DNA from: Shigella phage JK36
Direction: 5' to 3' (one strand)
Sequence record: MK962754.1
DNA length: 64,000 nt
Made by a program: the position numbers and the translations under genes. This document shows, in pieces, positions 15,767-26,459 of the stretch. A model generated the notes under the pieces. It was not told where the DNA came from. It worked only from the letters and a program-made list of their open reading frames with translations, and made no database searches. Position 1 is the stretch's first letter. The number at the start of each line of letters is the position of its first letter.

Positions 15767-15803
15767 CGCTTTAATAAAAATGCAGTATAATGGTTTTAGG
15801 TCT
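15767..15803 (+). promoter_or_regulatory. middle-promoter-like module (cGCTTTA + 12 nt + TATAAT) in plus orientation
   Basis: 18 nt GTATAATGGTTTTAGGTC identical to uvsY promoter module; oriented antisense to genes 2/4. Confidence 0.35.
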
Positions 15804-15854
15804 CTTCCATTAATCCGGTTCAACAGAATATCAGAAGAACGGAAGAGAATAGAA

Positions 15855-16676
15855 TTAAGATTTCCAAACAGTATTCGCAGAGAAACGTTTTCCTTTTGAC
15901 ATAAACTGCTGAGTAGGTAACATGATTATGTTAGCCCAGTCTTTAGGAGCTATTTCTGTTATTGTTCCTCTAATGTGGCCTGGCAGGTATGCTTTAATCA
16001 TTTTGTCAGCACCTTGAAATCCTTTCACCTTGCTCCAGTCTATCTTCAACTTTGTGTTATTAGTAATAGTGGTTGTGCTAGCATATTGCTTCAGCAATTC
16101 TTCAAGAAACTGTTGTCGTGCTTTAGGTGGGATATAGTGCAAGTTTAACCCATACATCAAATTATGTTTACCTAATCCTAAATAAATAATCAAAGGATAT
16201 CTGTCCCAATACGGCAGAGTATCTTTATGTTTAGCATCATACACGTAAGTATAAATTTTGCCTGGCGTAGGCTTGACTACTTTATGACCTTTTACACTTT
16301 TTTTAATTGTTTCAACAAACCACTTAGATGATTTATTGTTTACTGCTGCGCCTTCATTTCTAATCTTTTCTCGTATTGAACTGCGAAACGAGTTTATCAT
16401 CAGAAGTTGACGTTCTTGCTTATTGAGTTTATTTTTAGGTTTAGATTCAAGCGTTTCAATTTTCTGTGCAGTTTTAATAGATGATGCATATCTAGACATT
16501 GCAGATGTAAACGACGAGTATTTTATTCCTTTTGATTCTGCAAATGCTTTTGCAGTGATTCCTTTCTCTTTAGCTTTCTTGTATTCTAATCCTATCTCAA
16601 TCCATTTTCTTTCATTCATAGACTGAGCAATCTTAGGGGCTTGTACGCCTTCAGATATAATTTGGAATATGCTCAT
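15855..16676 (-). CDS. 2: gp2 DNA end protector protein
   Basis: 273 aa; synteny and size match T4 gp2. Confidence 0.85.
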   Translation of the reverse strand: MSIFQIISEGVQAPKIAQSMNERKWIEIGLEYKKAKEKGITAKAFAESKGIKYSSFTSAMSRYASSIKTAQKIETLESKPKNKLNKQERQLLMINSFRSSIREKIRNEGAAVNNKSSKWFVETIKKSVKGHKVVKPTPGKIYTYVYDAKHKDTLPYWDRYPLIIYLGLGKHNLMYGLNLHYIPPKARQQFLEELLKQYASTTTITNNTKLKIDWSKVKGFQGADKMIKAYLPGHIRGTITEIAPKDWANIIMLPTQQFMSKGKRFSANTVWKS

Positions 16677-16678
16677 AA

Positions 16679-17128
16679 TTACCCCTTGTATCCGAGTTTT
16701 CTAAGACCATCTTCGGTTAGAACTCGAAATTTTATATTTCTCTTTTCAGCAACAGCTGAGGCAGCTTTCCATTTGTCACAGTTCACAGACCACGTGTAGA
16801 TTTCATTCATATAACGTTTCTTAGCCGCAGTTGTAAGATTCACCGGTTTAATAGGTGGCTGAGTTTCTTTCTTTGGTTTTATTTCTACAAAGAACTCTTG
16901 ACCTGATGTATCTTTCATCCATATGTCCATATAGTATCGACGTTTCTTACCTTCTGCGTTACAGAAATATGGAATTACTGCTGTTTCACTACCCCATGCA
17001 ATAATTTCTGGATTTTTATCCAACCATTCGAAAAAGAATTTTTCCCAGTTTGAACGATACGTTATTTTGGTATGGTCTCCACGGTATTTTTTTAAATTTT
17101 TTGGGACCCATTTACCAGAGTAGGCCAT
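16679..17128 (-). CDS. 4: gp4 head completion protein
   Basis: Start set to ATG at 17128 (MAYSGKW..., 149 aa) preceded by GGAGGA RBS and late promoter; ORF-track extension unlikely. Confidence 0.85.
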   Translation of the reverse strand: MAYSGKWVPKNLKKYRGDHTKITYRSNWEKFFFEWLDKNPEIIAWGSETAVIPYFCNAEGKKRRYYMDIWMKDTSGQEFFVEIKPKKETQPPIKPVNLTTAAKKRYMNEIYTWSVNCDKWKAASAVAEKRNIKFRVLTEDGLRKLGYKG

Positions 17129-17139
17129 GTTGTCCTCCT

Positions 17140-17147
17140 TATAAATA
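17140..17147 (+). promoter_or_regulatory. T4 late promoter TATAAATA (gene 53)
   Basis: Exact TATAAATA 43 nt upstream of gene 53 start. Confidence 0.6.
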
Positions 17148-17154
17148 GTATTAT

Positions 17155-17162
17155 TATTTATA
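17155..17162 (-). promoter_or_regulatory. T4 late promoter TATAAATA (gene 4)
   Basis: Exact TATAAATA on minus strand 27 nt upstream of gene 4 ATG. Confidence 0.6.
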
Positions 17163-17189
17163 CCAATTTCATATTGGAAGGAGACTATC

Positions 17190-17765
17190 TTGTTATTTAC
17201 ATTCTTCGACCCAATAGGATATAGTGCTAAAACAGTTGATAAGAATGCACCTACTATTCCTATGACAGACATATTTCGTAACTATAAAGAGTACTTTAAG
17301 CGTGTTGCTGCCAATTATAGATTACGTTCTTATTATATTAAAGGCTCTCCGCGTCCTGAAGAACTAGCGAATATCATTTATGGCAACCCTCAATTATACT
17401 GGGTTCTTTTGATGTGTAATGACAACTACGACCCGTATTATGGTTGGATTACATCTCAGGAAGCAGCGTATCAAGCTTCTATTCAGAAATATGCTAATGC
17501 AGGCGGCGACCAAATTCTTTATCATATTAACGAGAACCGTGAGAAATTTTACAATTTAGTTTCATATCCAGACGAGCCTTTAGTGTGGTACGATAAAGGT
17601 GATGAAGCTCGTAAGTATCCGCAATATAAAGGACCTTTAGCTGCAGTAGATATTTATGAAGCGGCTGTATTAGATAACGAAAAACTTCGTAAAATAAAAA
17701 TTGTTGCAAAAGAAGATATAAACTCGTTTATTACTGATTTGATTCGTGAGATGGAGATTGCATAA
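17190..17765 (+). CDS. 53: gp53 baseplate wedge subunit
   Basis: MLFTFFDPIGY... very similar to T4 gp53; TTG start after GGAAGGAG RBS. Confidence 0.85.
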   Translation: MLFTFFDPIGYSAKTVDKNAPTIPMTDIFRNYKEYFKRVAANYRLRSYYIKGSPRPEELANIIYGNPQLYWVLLMCNDNYDPYYGWITSQEAAYQASIQKYANAGGDQILYHINENREKFYNLVSYPDEPLVWYDKGDEARKYPQYKGPLAAVDIYEAAVLDNEKLRKIKIVAKEDINSFITDLIREMEIA

Positions 17766-19498
17766 TGGAAATGATTAGCAGTAGCCTTAATTGGTTCGTG
17801 GGTGTTGTCGAGGACAGAATGGACCCATTAAAACAAGGGCGAGTTCGAGTTAGAGTCGTTGGTCTTCATCCGGCGCAGAGAGCACAAGGTGATGTACAAG
17901 GTATTCCTACAGAAAAACTTCCATGGATGACTGTTATTCAACCTATTACGTCTGCATCAATGTCAGGTATTGGTGGTTCTGTTACAGGTCCTGTTGAAGG
18001 AACTCGAGTATATGGTCATTTCTTAGACAAATGGAAAACAAACGGGATCGTACTTGGTACATACGGCGGAATCGTACGTGAAAAGCCTAATAGACTTGAA
18101 GGTTTTTCAGACCCGACAGGCCAGTATCCGCGACGTTTAGGTAATGATACGAACGTATTAAACCAAGGTGGTGAAGCTGGTTATTATTCGAACTCTAACG
18201 TAATTCAAGATAACAACTTGGATTATGGTATAAACCCAGACGATACAGATTTAGCAAATATTCCAGAAGATGATGACCCTAATTTTACAATAACAGAAAT
18301 GTTGCGTCGTGACGAAGGTCTTCGTGATAAAGTGTATTGGGACCATCTCGGATATCCTACAGTAGGTATTGGACACCTTATCGTAATGGAAAAGACCCGA
18401 GATATGTCTCGAATTAATAAATTGTTATCCGATCAAGTAGGGCGTGAAGTAACAGGAAATCCGGGAACTATTACATTAGAAGAAGCAACAGCGTTATTTG
18501 AGAAAGACCTTGCTAAGATGCAAAAAGACATTCGTTCTAATTCTAAAGTAGGTCCTGTTTATGCTAAAATGAACAGATCTCGTCAAATGGCATTAGAAAA
18601 CATGTGCTTCCAAATGGGCGTTGGTGGTGTAGCAAAATTCAATACTATGCTTAAAGCAATGGCCGAAGGCGATTGGAAAACTGCATACAAATCTGGACGC
18701 GATTCATTATGGTTCCAACAGACTAAAGGGCGTGCTTCACGTGTAACAACAATTATTTTAACCGGTAACATGGAATCATACGGTGTTCCTGTTAAAACGC
18801 CGCCTTCACCAGGAGTTGGTGCCGATTTAGTTACTAGAAATACCGATCCAGAAGACCCGGCTGGTCCTCCTGTTCCATTAGATTCACGCATCCTTTTTAA
18901 AGAACCGGAATCAAGTTATCGTGGTGAGTATCCATACGTTCATGCTATGGAAACAGAAAGTGGTCATATCCAAGAATTTGACGATACTCCAGGTAATGAA
19001 CGTTATCGCTTAGTTCATCCAACAGGGTCATATGAGGAAGTTTCTCCGTCTGGTCGTCGTACTCGTAAAACTGTAGAAGACCTTTTTGACATCACTAATG
19101 GTGATGGGAACTTTTTGATTTCTGGCGATAAGCTTGTTAACGTTGGTGCTAATGAAATATATTATAACATGGCAGACCGCCTCCATCAAATAGACGGCAA
19201 TGACACAATCTTTATTCGTGGTAACCAATCTAAAACTGTTGAAGGCGATGGAACTCTTTACGTTAAGGGTAATATCAAAATAGTTGTTGACGGAAATGCA
19301 GATATTCTTGTTAAAGGCGATGCTAAAACTCAGGTCGAAGGGAATCATGATTACACCGTCAACGGAAACGTTAAATGGACTGTTAATGGTAATGTTGATA
19401 TGACTGTTGCCGGGGATTGGGCAGAAACAATGTCTACAATGAGCTCAGTAGCTTCAGGACAATACACTGTTGACGGATCTCGTATTGATATTGGGTAA
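17765..19498 (+). CDS. 5: gp5 baseplate hub subunit and tail lysozyme
   Basis: 577 aa; OB-fold N-term, lysozyme domain (DEGLRDKVYWDHLGYPTVGIGHL), C-terminal VxGxxxxx beta-helix repeats. Confidence 0.95.
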   Translation: MEMISSSLNWFVGVVEDRMDPLKQGRVRVRVVGLHPAQRAQGDVQGIPTEKLPWMTVIQPITSASMSGIGGSVTGPVEGTRVYGHFLDKWKTNGIVLGTYGGIVREKPNRLEGFSDPTGQYPRRLGNDTNVLNQGGEAGYYSNSNVIQDNNLDYGINPDDTDLANIPEDDDPNFTITEMLRRDEGLRDKVYWDHLGYPTVGIGHLIVMEKTRDMSRINKLLSDQVGREVTGNPGTITLEEATALFEKDLAKMQKDIRSNSKVGPVYAKMNRSRQMALENMCFQMGVGGVAKFNTMLKAMAEGDWKTAYKSGRDSLWFQQTKGRASRVTTIILTGNMESYGVPVKTPPSPGVGADLVTRNTDPEDPAGPPVPLDSRILFKEPESSYRGEYPYVHAMETESGHIQEFDDTPGNERYRLVHPTGSYEEVSPSGRRTRKTVEDLFDITNGDGNFLISGDKLVNVGANEIYYNMADRLHQIDGNDTIFIRGNQSKTVEGDGTLYVKGNIKIVVDGNADILVKGDAKTQVEGNHDYTVNGNVKWTVNGNVDMTVAGDWAETMSTMSSVASGQYTVDGSRIDIG

Positions 19499-19501
19499 TA
19501 T

Positions 19502-20017
19502 ATGGCACAAATACTTCCTTTAAATACCGACTTAGGAGAAGACATGGAAGGGGCGTCTATTGACGTCCTTTTTACTCCACAGTTAGAAACAACCGAAACT
19601 TTAGTGTCAATAAATATAACAGATTATGAACCGACACAAGGCATTACGGTAGATGGTAATCGTTTATATGGAACATATGAAAGTGTGTTTAGCTTTTCTT
19701 CGGACGCATTGAAATACCGATTAAATGATGATTTTGAAACCGCATCTTCATGGGATGATTTACCAAAAGATGAGTCCACACAGTTATATTTGTGGAGAGC
19801 TCCTCAGAATCTTCGTAAAGTGTTTAGTTATACGGTTGAAATGATTTATAACTACCAAGAAGAAAGTTCATCAGGCGGTTCTAGAAGTGACTCTGGTACA
19901 GAACCTCCACCGGCTCCAGTACAAAAAACTCTTACTAAGGTTTATACAAAAACTATAGTAGGAAATTGGAGCAAATGGGCTCATCAATTACGAAACTATG
20001 TTTATGTGAGGCAGTGA
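19502..20017 (+). CDS. 5.1: gp5.1 conserved protein
   Basis: 171-aa ORF between 5 and 5.4 as in T4. Confidence 0.6.
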   Translation: MAQILPLNTDLGEDMEGASIDVLFTPQLETTETLVSINITDYEPTQGITVDGNRLYGTYESVFSFSSDALKYRLNDDFETASSWDDLPKDESTQLYLWRAPQNLRKVFSYTVEMIYNYQEESSSGGSRSDSGTEPPPAPVQKTLTKVYTKTIVGNWSKWAHQLRNYVYVRQ

Positions 20018-20019
20018 AA

Positions 20020-20313
20020 ATGTCTGGCTTAAGTTACGACAAGTGCGTTACAACAGGTCATGAAGCATGGCCTCCTACTGTAATAAATGCTTCCCAATCT
20101 AAAGTGTTCACCGGCGGTATTCCTGTTCTTGTGGCAGGAGACCAAATAACACCTCATACAGAAATTAAAAAACCATACGAGACTCATGGAGGTGTTACTG
20201 AACCTCGTACATCTAAAGTATACGTCACCGGTAAAAAGGCCGTTCAAATGGCTGACCCAATTTCATGCGGGGATACTGTTTCTCAGGCCTCGTCAAAAGT
20301 CTTTATAAAATAG
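20020..20313 (+). CDS. 5.4: gp5.4 PAAR-repeat spike tip protein
   Basis: 97 aa from ATG 20020 ([14 protein letters not shown]...); PAAR-like; position after 5.1. Confidence 0.8.
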   Translation: MSGLSYDKCVTTGHEAWPPTVINASQSKVFTGGIPVLVAGDQITPHTEIKKPYETHGGVTEPRTSKVYVTGKKAVQMADPISCGDTVSQASSKVFIK

Positions 20314-20321
20314 GAATTAAA

Positions 20322-22295
20322 ATGGCAAACACTCCTGTAAATTATCAATTAACACGAACAGCGAATGCTATTCCCGAGATTTTTATCGGGGGCACATTTG
20401 CCGAAATCAAACAGAACATTATCGAATGGCTCAATGGACAGAATGAATTTCTTGATTATGATTTTGAAGGTTCACGCTTAAACGTATTGTGCGACCTTTT
20501 AGCATATAACACTCTTTACATCCAACAGTTCAGTAATAGTGCAGTGTATGAAAGTTTTATGCGTACTGCAAACTTGCGTAGTTCTGTTGTACAAGCGGCT
20601 CAAGATAACGGATATCTGCCTTCATCTAAATCAGCAGCACAAACAGAAATTATGCTCACATGTACAGATGCATTAAATAGAAACTATATCACCATTCCAC
20701 GTGGCACTCGTTTCTTAGCATACGCTAAAGATACTTCTGTTAACCCGTATAACTTTGTTTCTACTGAAGATGTCATTGTAGTTAAAGACAAAAATAACCA
20801 ATATTTCCCACGTCTTCGATTAGCTCAGGGTCGTATTGTTCGCACTGAATTAACATTTGATAGATTAAAACCTATCATTATTCGTGATAAGAATATTGAC
20901 CGTAATTTGGTTAAGTTGTATGTTGACGGAGCAGAATGGATTAACTGGACTCGTAAGTCGATGGTTCACGCTGGTTCTACGTCAACAATCTATTATATGC
21001 GTGAAACAGTTGATGGGAACACCGAATTTTATTTTGGTGAAGGCGAAATCTCTATTAACACGTCAGAAGGTGCGTTAACATCTAACTATATTGGTGGCCT
21101 TAAACCTGTTCAGGGTTCTAAAATCGTAATTGAGTATATTTCTACTAATGGCGCAGATGCTAACGGTGCTGTAGGATTTTCTTATGCAGATACATTAGCT
21201 AATATCACGGTAATCGATATTAACGAGAACCCTAGCAATAACCCAGACTTTGTCGGGGCCGATGGTGGTGGTGACCCTGAAGATATTGAACGTATCCGCG
21301 AATTAGGCACAATTAAACGCGAAACTCAACAACGTTGTGTAACCGCTTCCGACTATGACACATTCGTTTCTGAGCGGTTTGGTTCTATTATTCAAGCGGT
21401 TCAAACATTCACAGATTCATCTAAACCAGGGTACGCATATATTGCTGCTAAGCCTAAATCTGGATTGTATTTGACTTCTGTTCAACGTGATGATATCAAA
21501 AACTATTTGAATGATTATAACTTAGGGACTATTACACCTGTTGTTATTTCGCCTGATTATTTGTTTATCAAAATGAATATCAAAGTTACATACGCGTTGA
21601 ATAAACTCCAAGAATCAGAACAATATCTTGAAGGGCAGATTATTAATAAAATTGACCGTTATTATATTGAAGATGTAGAAATTTTTAACTCATCGTTTGC
21701 AAAATCTAAAATGCTAACTTATGTCGATGATGCAGATATTTCTATTATTGGTTCTTCAGCTACTATTCAAATGGTTCGCGAAGTACAAAACTTCTATAAA
21801 ACGCCTGAGGCCGGTATTAAATACAATAATCAGATTAAAGATAGATCGATGGAATCTAATATATTCTCGTTTGATTCGCACAGACCTAATCCAGAAAATG
21901 CAAACGAAACTATTAAATATGGTGTTCGCATAGTATCTTCTGACCGTAATGACCGTGGCATAGGTCAAGTTATTATTGGTCCATTTGCAGACGGCGATGT
22001 TGTTGAAAACGAAAATATACAACCTTATACAGGTAATGATTTTAATAAACTTACTGTTACTGACGGACGAAACAAATACTATTCAATTGGTGAAGTGAAT
22101 TATCCTGCCGATTCGATTTATTGGAACATTGCTAAAATTGACCTCACTTCAGACCGTTTTGAAGTTCAAACAATTGAACTTTATTCCGACCCTGCAGATG
22201 ATATTATTTTTACAAAGGATGGTTCTTTAATCGTATTCGAAAATGACTTACGTCCTCAGTACTTAACTATAGATTTGGAGCCTATTTCACAATGA
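20322..22295 (+). CDS. 6: gp6 baseplate wedge subunit
   Basis: Start at ATG 20322 (MANTPVNYQL...), 657 aa; synteny. Confidence 0.9.
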   Translation: MANTPVNYQLTRTANAIPEIFIGGTFAEIKQNIIEWLNGQNEFLDYDFEGSRLNVLCDLLAYNTLYIQQFSNSAVYESFMRTANLRSSVVQAAQDNGYLPSSKSAAQTEIMLTCTDALNRNYITIPRGTRFLAYAKDTSVNPYNFVSTEDVIVVKDKNNQYFPRLRLAQGRIVRTELTFDRLKPIIIRDKNIDRNLVKLYVDGAEWINWTRKSMVHAGSTSTIYYMRETVDGNTEFYFGEGEISINTSEGALTSNYIGGLKPVQGSKIVIEYISTNGADANGAVGFSYADTLANITVIDINENPSNNPDFVGADGGGDPEDIERIRELGTIKRETQQRCVTASDYDTFVSERFGSIIQAVQTFTDSSKPGYAYIAAKPKSGLYLTSVQRDDIKNYLNDYNLGTITPVVISPDYLFIKMNIKVTYALNKLQESEQYLEGQIINKIDRYYIEDVEIFNSSFAKSKMLTYVDDADISIIGSSATIQMVREVQNFYKTPEAGIKYNNQIKDRSMESNIFSFDSHRPNPENANETIKYGVRIVSSDRNDRGIGQVIIGPFADGDVVENENIQPYTGNDFNKLTVTDGRNKYYSIGEVNYPADSIYWNIAKIDLTSDRFEVQTIELYSDPADDIIFTKDGSLIVFENDLRPQYLTIDLEPISQ

Positions 22296-25200
22296 CAGTA
22301 AAAGCGCCAGCAGTCACAAGTCTCAGAATATCCAAGTTGTCCGCTAACCAAGTTCAAATACGCTGGGATGACGTTGGTGCTAATTTCTACTATTTTGTAG
22401 AAATCGCTGAGACTAAAACGGCAGACGGGGAAATAATTCCCCCTGCCAGCTACAGATGGATAAATTTAGGATATACTCCTAATAGCAACTGGTTCGAAAG
22501 TAGCTTAGACCCATTAACTTCTTATATTATTCGTGTATCAACTGCCGCCGAAGGCTTCGAGAGATCTGATTGGGTATATACCGAAATATTTGAATCATTT
22601 CAGACTAACGCGTATACATTTCAACATATGATTGAAATGCAATTGGCTAACACTTTTATTAGAGAAAAATTTACAAATAACAACATGGCTTATGTCGATT
22701 TTAATAACGACACTATAATGGCAGCTCTAATGAATGAATCGTTCCAATTTAGCCCTGCTTATGCGGATATTTCATCTATTAAAAATTTCATTATTGGCGA
22801 AAATGAGTATCATGAAATTCAAGGTTCGATTCAACAGGTGTGTCATGATATAAACCGTGTTTATTTGATGGAATCCGAAGGAATTCTTTATTTGTTTGAA
22901 CGGTATCAGCCTGTGGTTAAAGTCTCTAATGATAAGGGACAAACCTGGAAATCGGTTAAATTGTTTAATGACCGTGTAGGGTACCCTGTATCAAGAACAG
23001 TGTATTACCAAACAGGTTATACCACGTATGTTCTTGGGTATGATAAATTATTTTACGGCCGTAAATCAACTGACGTTCGTTGGTCTGCTGATGATGTGAG
23101 ATTTAGTTCTCAAGATATAACATTTGCTAAAATTGGTGACCAGTTAAATTTAGGATTTGATGTAGAAATATTTGGTAACTACGCATCATTACCTGCTAAC
23201 GTATCACGTATTGCAGAAGCTATCGTTTGCAACGACGATTATGTATACGTTGCTGCTCGAGATAAAGTTCGTTTTATTAAAACTAGTAATGCCCCTATTG
23301 ATTCAGACCCGTTATCTCCGACATATTCCGAACGTTTGTTTGAACAAGAAACATTTAACATCACAGGTAACCCTAAGGCAGTTTGCTATAAAATGGATTC
23401 TGTTGGCGGTAAAATATTTGCACTGATTATCGGCGAAGTTGTTAATCTTAATGACGACCCGAGGACCACTCCTATTGTTGATTCTGCTGATAAGGGCGTT
23501 TACGTTCTAGACCATGATGCTGGCACATTTAAACGTGTGTTTGGTAATACTGAAGAAGAACGCCGTCGTATTGAACCTGGGTACACCAGTATGTCTACTG
23601 ATGGTGTTGAGTTATCTATTTCATCTAGTAATTTTAAATTTCTAGAATCGGATATTGTTGATGACCCAAAAACACAAATCAAGTACGGTTTAATCGGTGC
23701 TGTTAAATATGAGTATCCTCGCGAATGGTTGGCTGATAAACATTATCATATGATGGCATTTATTTCAACTGAAGACTCTCAATGGGAATCGTTCACTCCT
23801 CAACCGATGGAATACTATGCCGAGCCATTCTTTAGTTATTCTAGAAAGTCCGGTACTCGATGTTGGATTAATAACTCAGACAAGGCTGTTGTAATTTATT
23901 CTGATTTACTTTACACTAAGGTTATTGAGAATCATCCACTTAGTTCTTCAGACCGTGAAGTTCATGAATATTGGAAGGACGGTGACTGTACAATAGTGAT
24001 GCCTAACGTAGATTTCACCGGATTTAAAAAATATGCATCCGGCATGATTTTCTATAAATCATCAGGTGAGATTATTTCTTATTATGATTTTAGTTATCGT
24101 GTTAGAGATAATGTTTCTATAATTTGGAAGCCTACTAATATATTCTTAACAGCATCATTACAAAACCAAGAAAAAGATACCACATGGACTCCTGTAGAAG
24201 AGAACGGTATTGCAGACCCAGATTTACGACCATTGCTCACTACAATGATGCCGGAGTCTTATCTTTTAGATAATACAAACTTCGAAGCATTCTGCGAGGC
24301 TTATATTCAGTATCTTTCTGACGGTTATGGGACCCATTATAACAACCTTTTGAATCTTATTAAAAATCAATATCCGCGCGAAGAACATGCGTGGGAATAT
24401 TTATGGTCTGAGATTTATAAACGAAACATTTACTTAAACGCCGAAAAACGCGATTTAGTGTCTCGTTTCTTTGAATCAAGAAGTTATGACTTCTATTCAA
24501 CTAAAGGAACCGAAGCGTCATATAAATTCTTGTTTAAAGTGCTTTATAACGAAGATGTTGAAATTGAAATTGAATCTAGTTCCGGGACCGAATATGATAT
24601 CATCATTGAATCTGATTCGTTGACAGAAGATTTGGTCGGACAAACCATATACACCGCTACAGGACGTTGTAATGTGACGTATATCGAGAGAAGTTACTCT
24701 AAAGGTAAATTACAATGGACTGTAACAATTCACAACCTCTTAGGTCGTTTAATCCAAGGACAGGAAGTTAAAGCTGAAAGACTCCCTGGTTTTGAAGGTG
24801 AAATTGTTCGTGGTATTAAAGGTAAAGAGCTTTCTCAGAACAACATCGATTACATAAATCGTGGTAGAGCATACTACGTAATGAAGATTAAATCTAAACT
24901 TCCATCATCTCGTTGGAAATCAGACGTATTACGTTTTGTTCATCCGGTTGGATTTGGATTTATCGCAATTACCCTTCTCACAATGTTTATTAACACCGGA
25001 TTAACACTTAAACATGTTGAAACCATTATTAATAAATACAAAAACTATAAGTGGGATTCTGGATTACCGACTAAATATGCAGACCGAGTGGCTAAATTAG
25101 ACCCACAAGGAAATGTTGAGTTTGACCCTATTACAGGTAAAGCGATATATGAAATAGGCCCTATGGCTGGTCAAGATTATCCATTGCCTGAAGATTATAA

Positions 25201-25390
25201 CGCTGAAAACAATAACTCCATATTTCAAGGTCAACTTCCATCGGAACGACGTAAACTGATGAGCCCATTATTTGATGCGTCCGGAACAACATTCTCTAGA
25301 TTTAGAGATTTGGTTGAACAACGGTTAATCGATAATGTAGGAAATCCAAGAGACCCCGTGAATCCACCACAGGTTAAATTAGATGAATGA
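22292..25390 (+). CDS. 7: gp7 baseplate wedge initiator
   Basis: 1032 aa, identical length to T4 gp7; ATGA overlap with gene 6. Confidence 0.9.
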   Translation: MTVKAPAVTSLRISKLSANQVQIRWDDVGANFYYFVEIAETKTADGEIIPPASYRWINLGYTPNSNWFESSLDPLTSYIIRVSTAAEGFERSDWVYTEIFESFQTNAYTFQHMIEMQLANTFIREKFTNNNMAYVDFNNDTIMAALMNESFQFSPAYADISSIKNFIIGENEYHEIQGSIQQVCHDINRVYLMESEGILYLFERYQPVVKVSNDKGQTWKSVKLFNDRVGYPVSRTVYYQTGYTTYVLGYDKLFYGRKSTDVRWSADDVRFSSQDITFAKIGDQLNLGFDVEIFGNYASLPANVSRIAEAIVCNDDYVYVAARDKVRFIKTSNAPIDSDPLSPTYSERLFEQETFNITGNPKAVCYKMDSVGGKIFALIIGEVVNLNDDPRTTPIVDSADKGVYVLDHDAGTFKRVFGNTEEERRRIEPGYTSMSTDGVELSISSSNFKFLESDIVDDPKTQIKYGLIGAVKYEYPREWLADKHYHMMAFISTEDSQWESFTPQPMEYYAEPFFSYSRKSGTRCWINNSDKAVVIYSDLLYTKVIENHPLSSSDREVHEYWKDGDCTIVMPNVDFTGFKKYASGMIFYKSSGEIISYYDFSYRVRDNVSIIWKPTNIFLTASLQNQEKDTTWTPVEENGIADPDLRPLLTTMMPESYLLDNTNFEAFCEAYIQYLSDGYGTHYNNLLNLIKNQYPREEHAWEYLWSEIYKRNIYLNAEKRDLVSRFFESRSYDFYSTKGTEASYKFLFKVLYNEDVEIEIESSSGTEYDIIIESDSLTEDLVGQTIYTATGRCNVTYIERSYSKGKLQWTVTIHNLLGRLIQGQEVKAERLPGFEGEIVRGIKGKELSQNNIDYINRGRAYYVMKIKSKLPSSRWKSDVLRFVHPVGFGFIAITLLTMFINTGLTLKHVETIINKYKNYKWDSGLPTKYADRVAKLDPQGNVEFDPITGKAIYEIGPMAGQDYPLPEDYNAENNNSIFQGQLPSERRKLMSPLFDASGTTFSRFRDLVEQRLIDNVGNPRDPVNPPQVKLDE

Positions 25391-26387
25391 TTCAAGTGTT
25401 ATCTATCGTGCAATAGTTACATCAAAATTTAGAACAGAGAAAATGCTGAATTTTTATAATTCAGTTGGGGATGGAGATGATAAGAACTCCATTTATATTA
25501 CGTTTGGACGTTCAGAGCCTTGGGCGTCAAATGAAAATGAGGTGGGCTTCGCCCCACCTTATCCTACAGATTCTGTTCTTGGTGTTACTGATATGTGGAC
25601 CCATATGATGGGCACCGTTAAAGTTTTACCTTCAATGTTAGATTCTGTTATTCCTAGACGTGATTGGGGAGATGTGCGATATCCAGACCCTTACACGTTT
25701 AGAATTAACGATATAGTCGCATGTAATACTGCTCCGTACAACGCGACAGAAGTTGGAGCTGGTTGGTTAATTTACCGTTGTTTAGATGTCCCTGACGTAG
25801 GGCTCTGTTCAATAGAATCTTTAGATAATAAAGATGAATGTCTTAAATTGGGTGGTAAATGGACTCCGTCTGTTCGTTCTATGTCTCCTCCTGAAGGCAG
25901 AGGCGATGCTAATGGGGTTATCGAAACCGGTGATGGATATATTTGGGAATACCTTTATGAGATTCCTGCTGATGTGTCAATTAACCGTTGCACTAACGAA
26001 TATCTTGTAGTTCCATGGCCGGAAGAAATTAAAGAAGACCCCACCCGTTGGGGATATGAAAATAACTTAACTTGGCAACAAGACGACTACGGCTTGATTT
26101 ACCGTGTTAAAGCTAATACGATGCGGTTTAAAGCATATTTTGATTCTGTTTATTTCCCTGAGGCAGCTTTGCCTGGTAACAAGGGTTTTAGACAGATATC
26201 AATTATCGCAAACCCGTTAGAAGCTAAGAAAAATCCAAATGACCCTAATGTTAAAGCAGAAAAGGATTATTACGACCCTAGAGACCTGCAGCGTCATTCC
26301 GGTGAAATGATTTATATGGAAAACCGACCACCTGTTATTATGGCAATGGACCAAACAGAAGAAATTAACATTTTGTTTATGTTTTAA
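25383..26387 (+). CDS. 8: gp8 baseplate wedge subunit
   Basis: 334 aa as T4 gp8; synteny. Confidence 0.9.
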   Translation: MNDSSVIYRAIVTSKFRTEKMLNFYNSVGDGDDKNSIYITFGRSEPWASNENEVGFAPPYPTDSVLGVTDMWTHMMGTVKVLPSMLDSVIPRRDWGDVRYPDPYTFRINDIVACNTAPYNATEVGAGWLIYRCLDVPDVGLCSIESLDNKDECLKLGGKWTPSVRSMSPPEGRGDANGVIETGDGYIWEYLYEIPADVSINRCTNEYLVVPWPEEIKEDPTRWGYENNLTWQQDDYGLIYRVKANTMRFKAYFDSVYFPEAALPGNKGFRQISIIANPLEAKKNPNDPNVKAEKDYYDPRDLQRHSGEMIYMENRPPVIMAMDQTEEINILFMF

Positions 26388-26390
26388 TTA

Positions 26391-26415
26391 GGGAGCCTTC
26401 GGGCTCCCATTTTTG
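26391..26415 (+). terminator. rho-independent terminator after gene 8
   Basis: GGGAGCC-TTCG-GGCTCCC hairpin (UUCG tetraloop) + ATTTTTG. Confidence 0.6.
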
Positions 26416-26419
26416 TATC

Positions 26420-26427
26420 TATAAATA
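26420..26427 (+). promoter_or_regulatory. T4 late promoter TATAAATA (gene 9)
   Basis: Exact TATAAATA 33 nt upstream of gene 9 ATG. Confidence 0.6.
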
Positions 26428-26459
26428 GAATATAATATCGGACAACAAAAGGCAGAATT

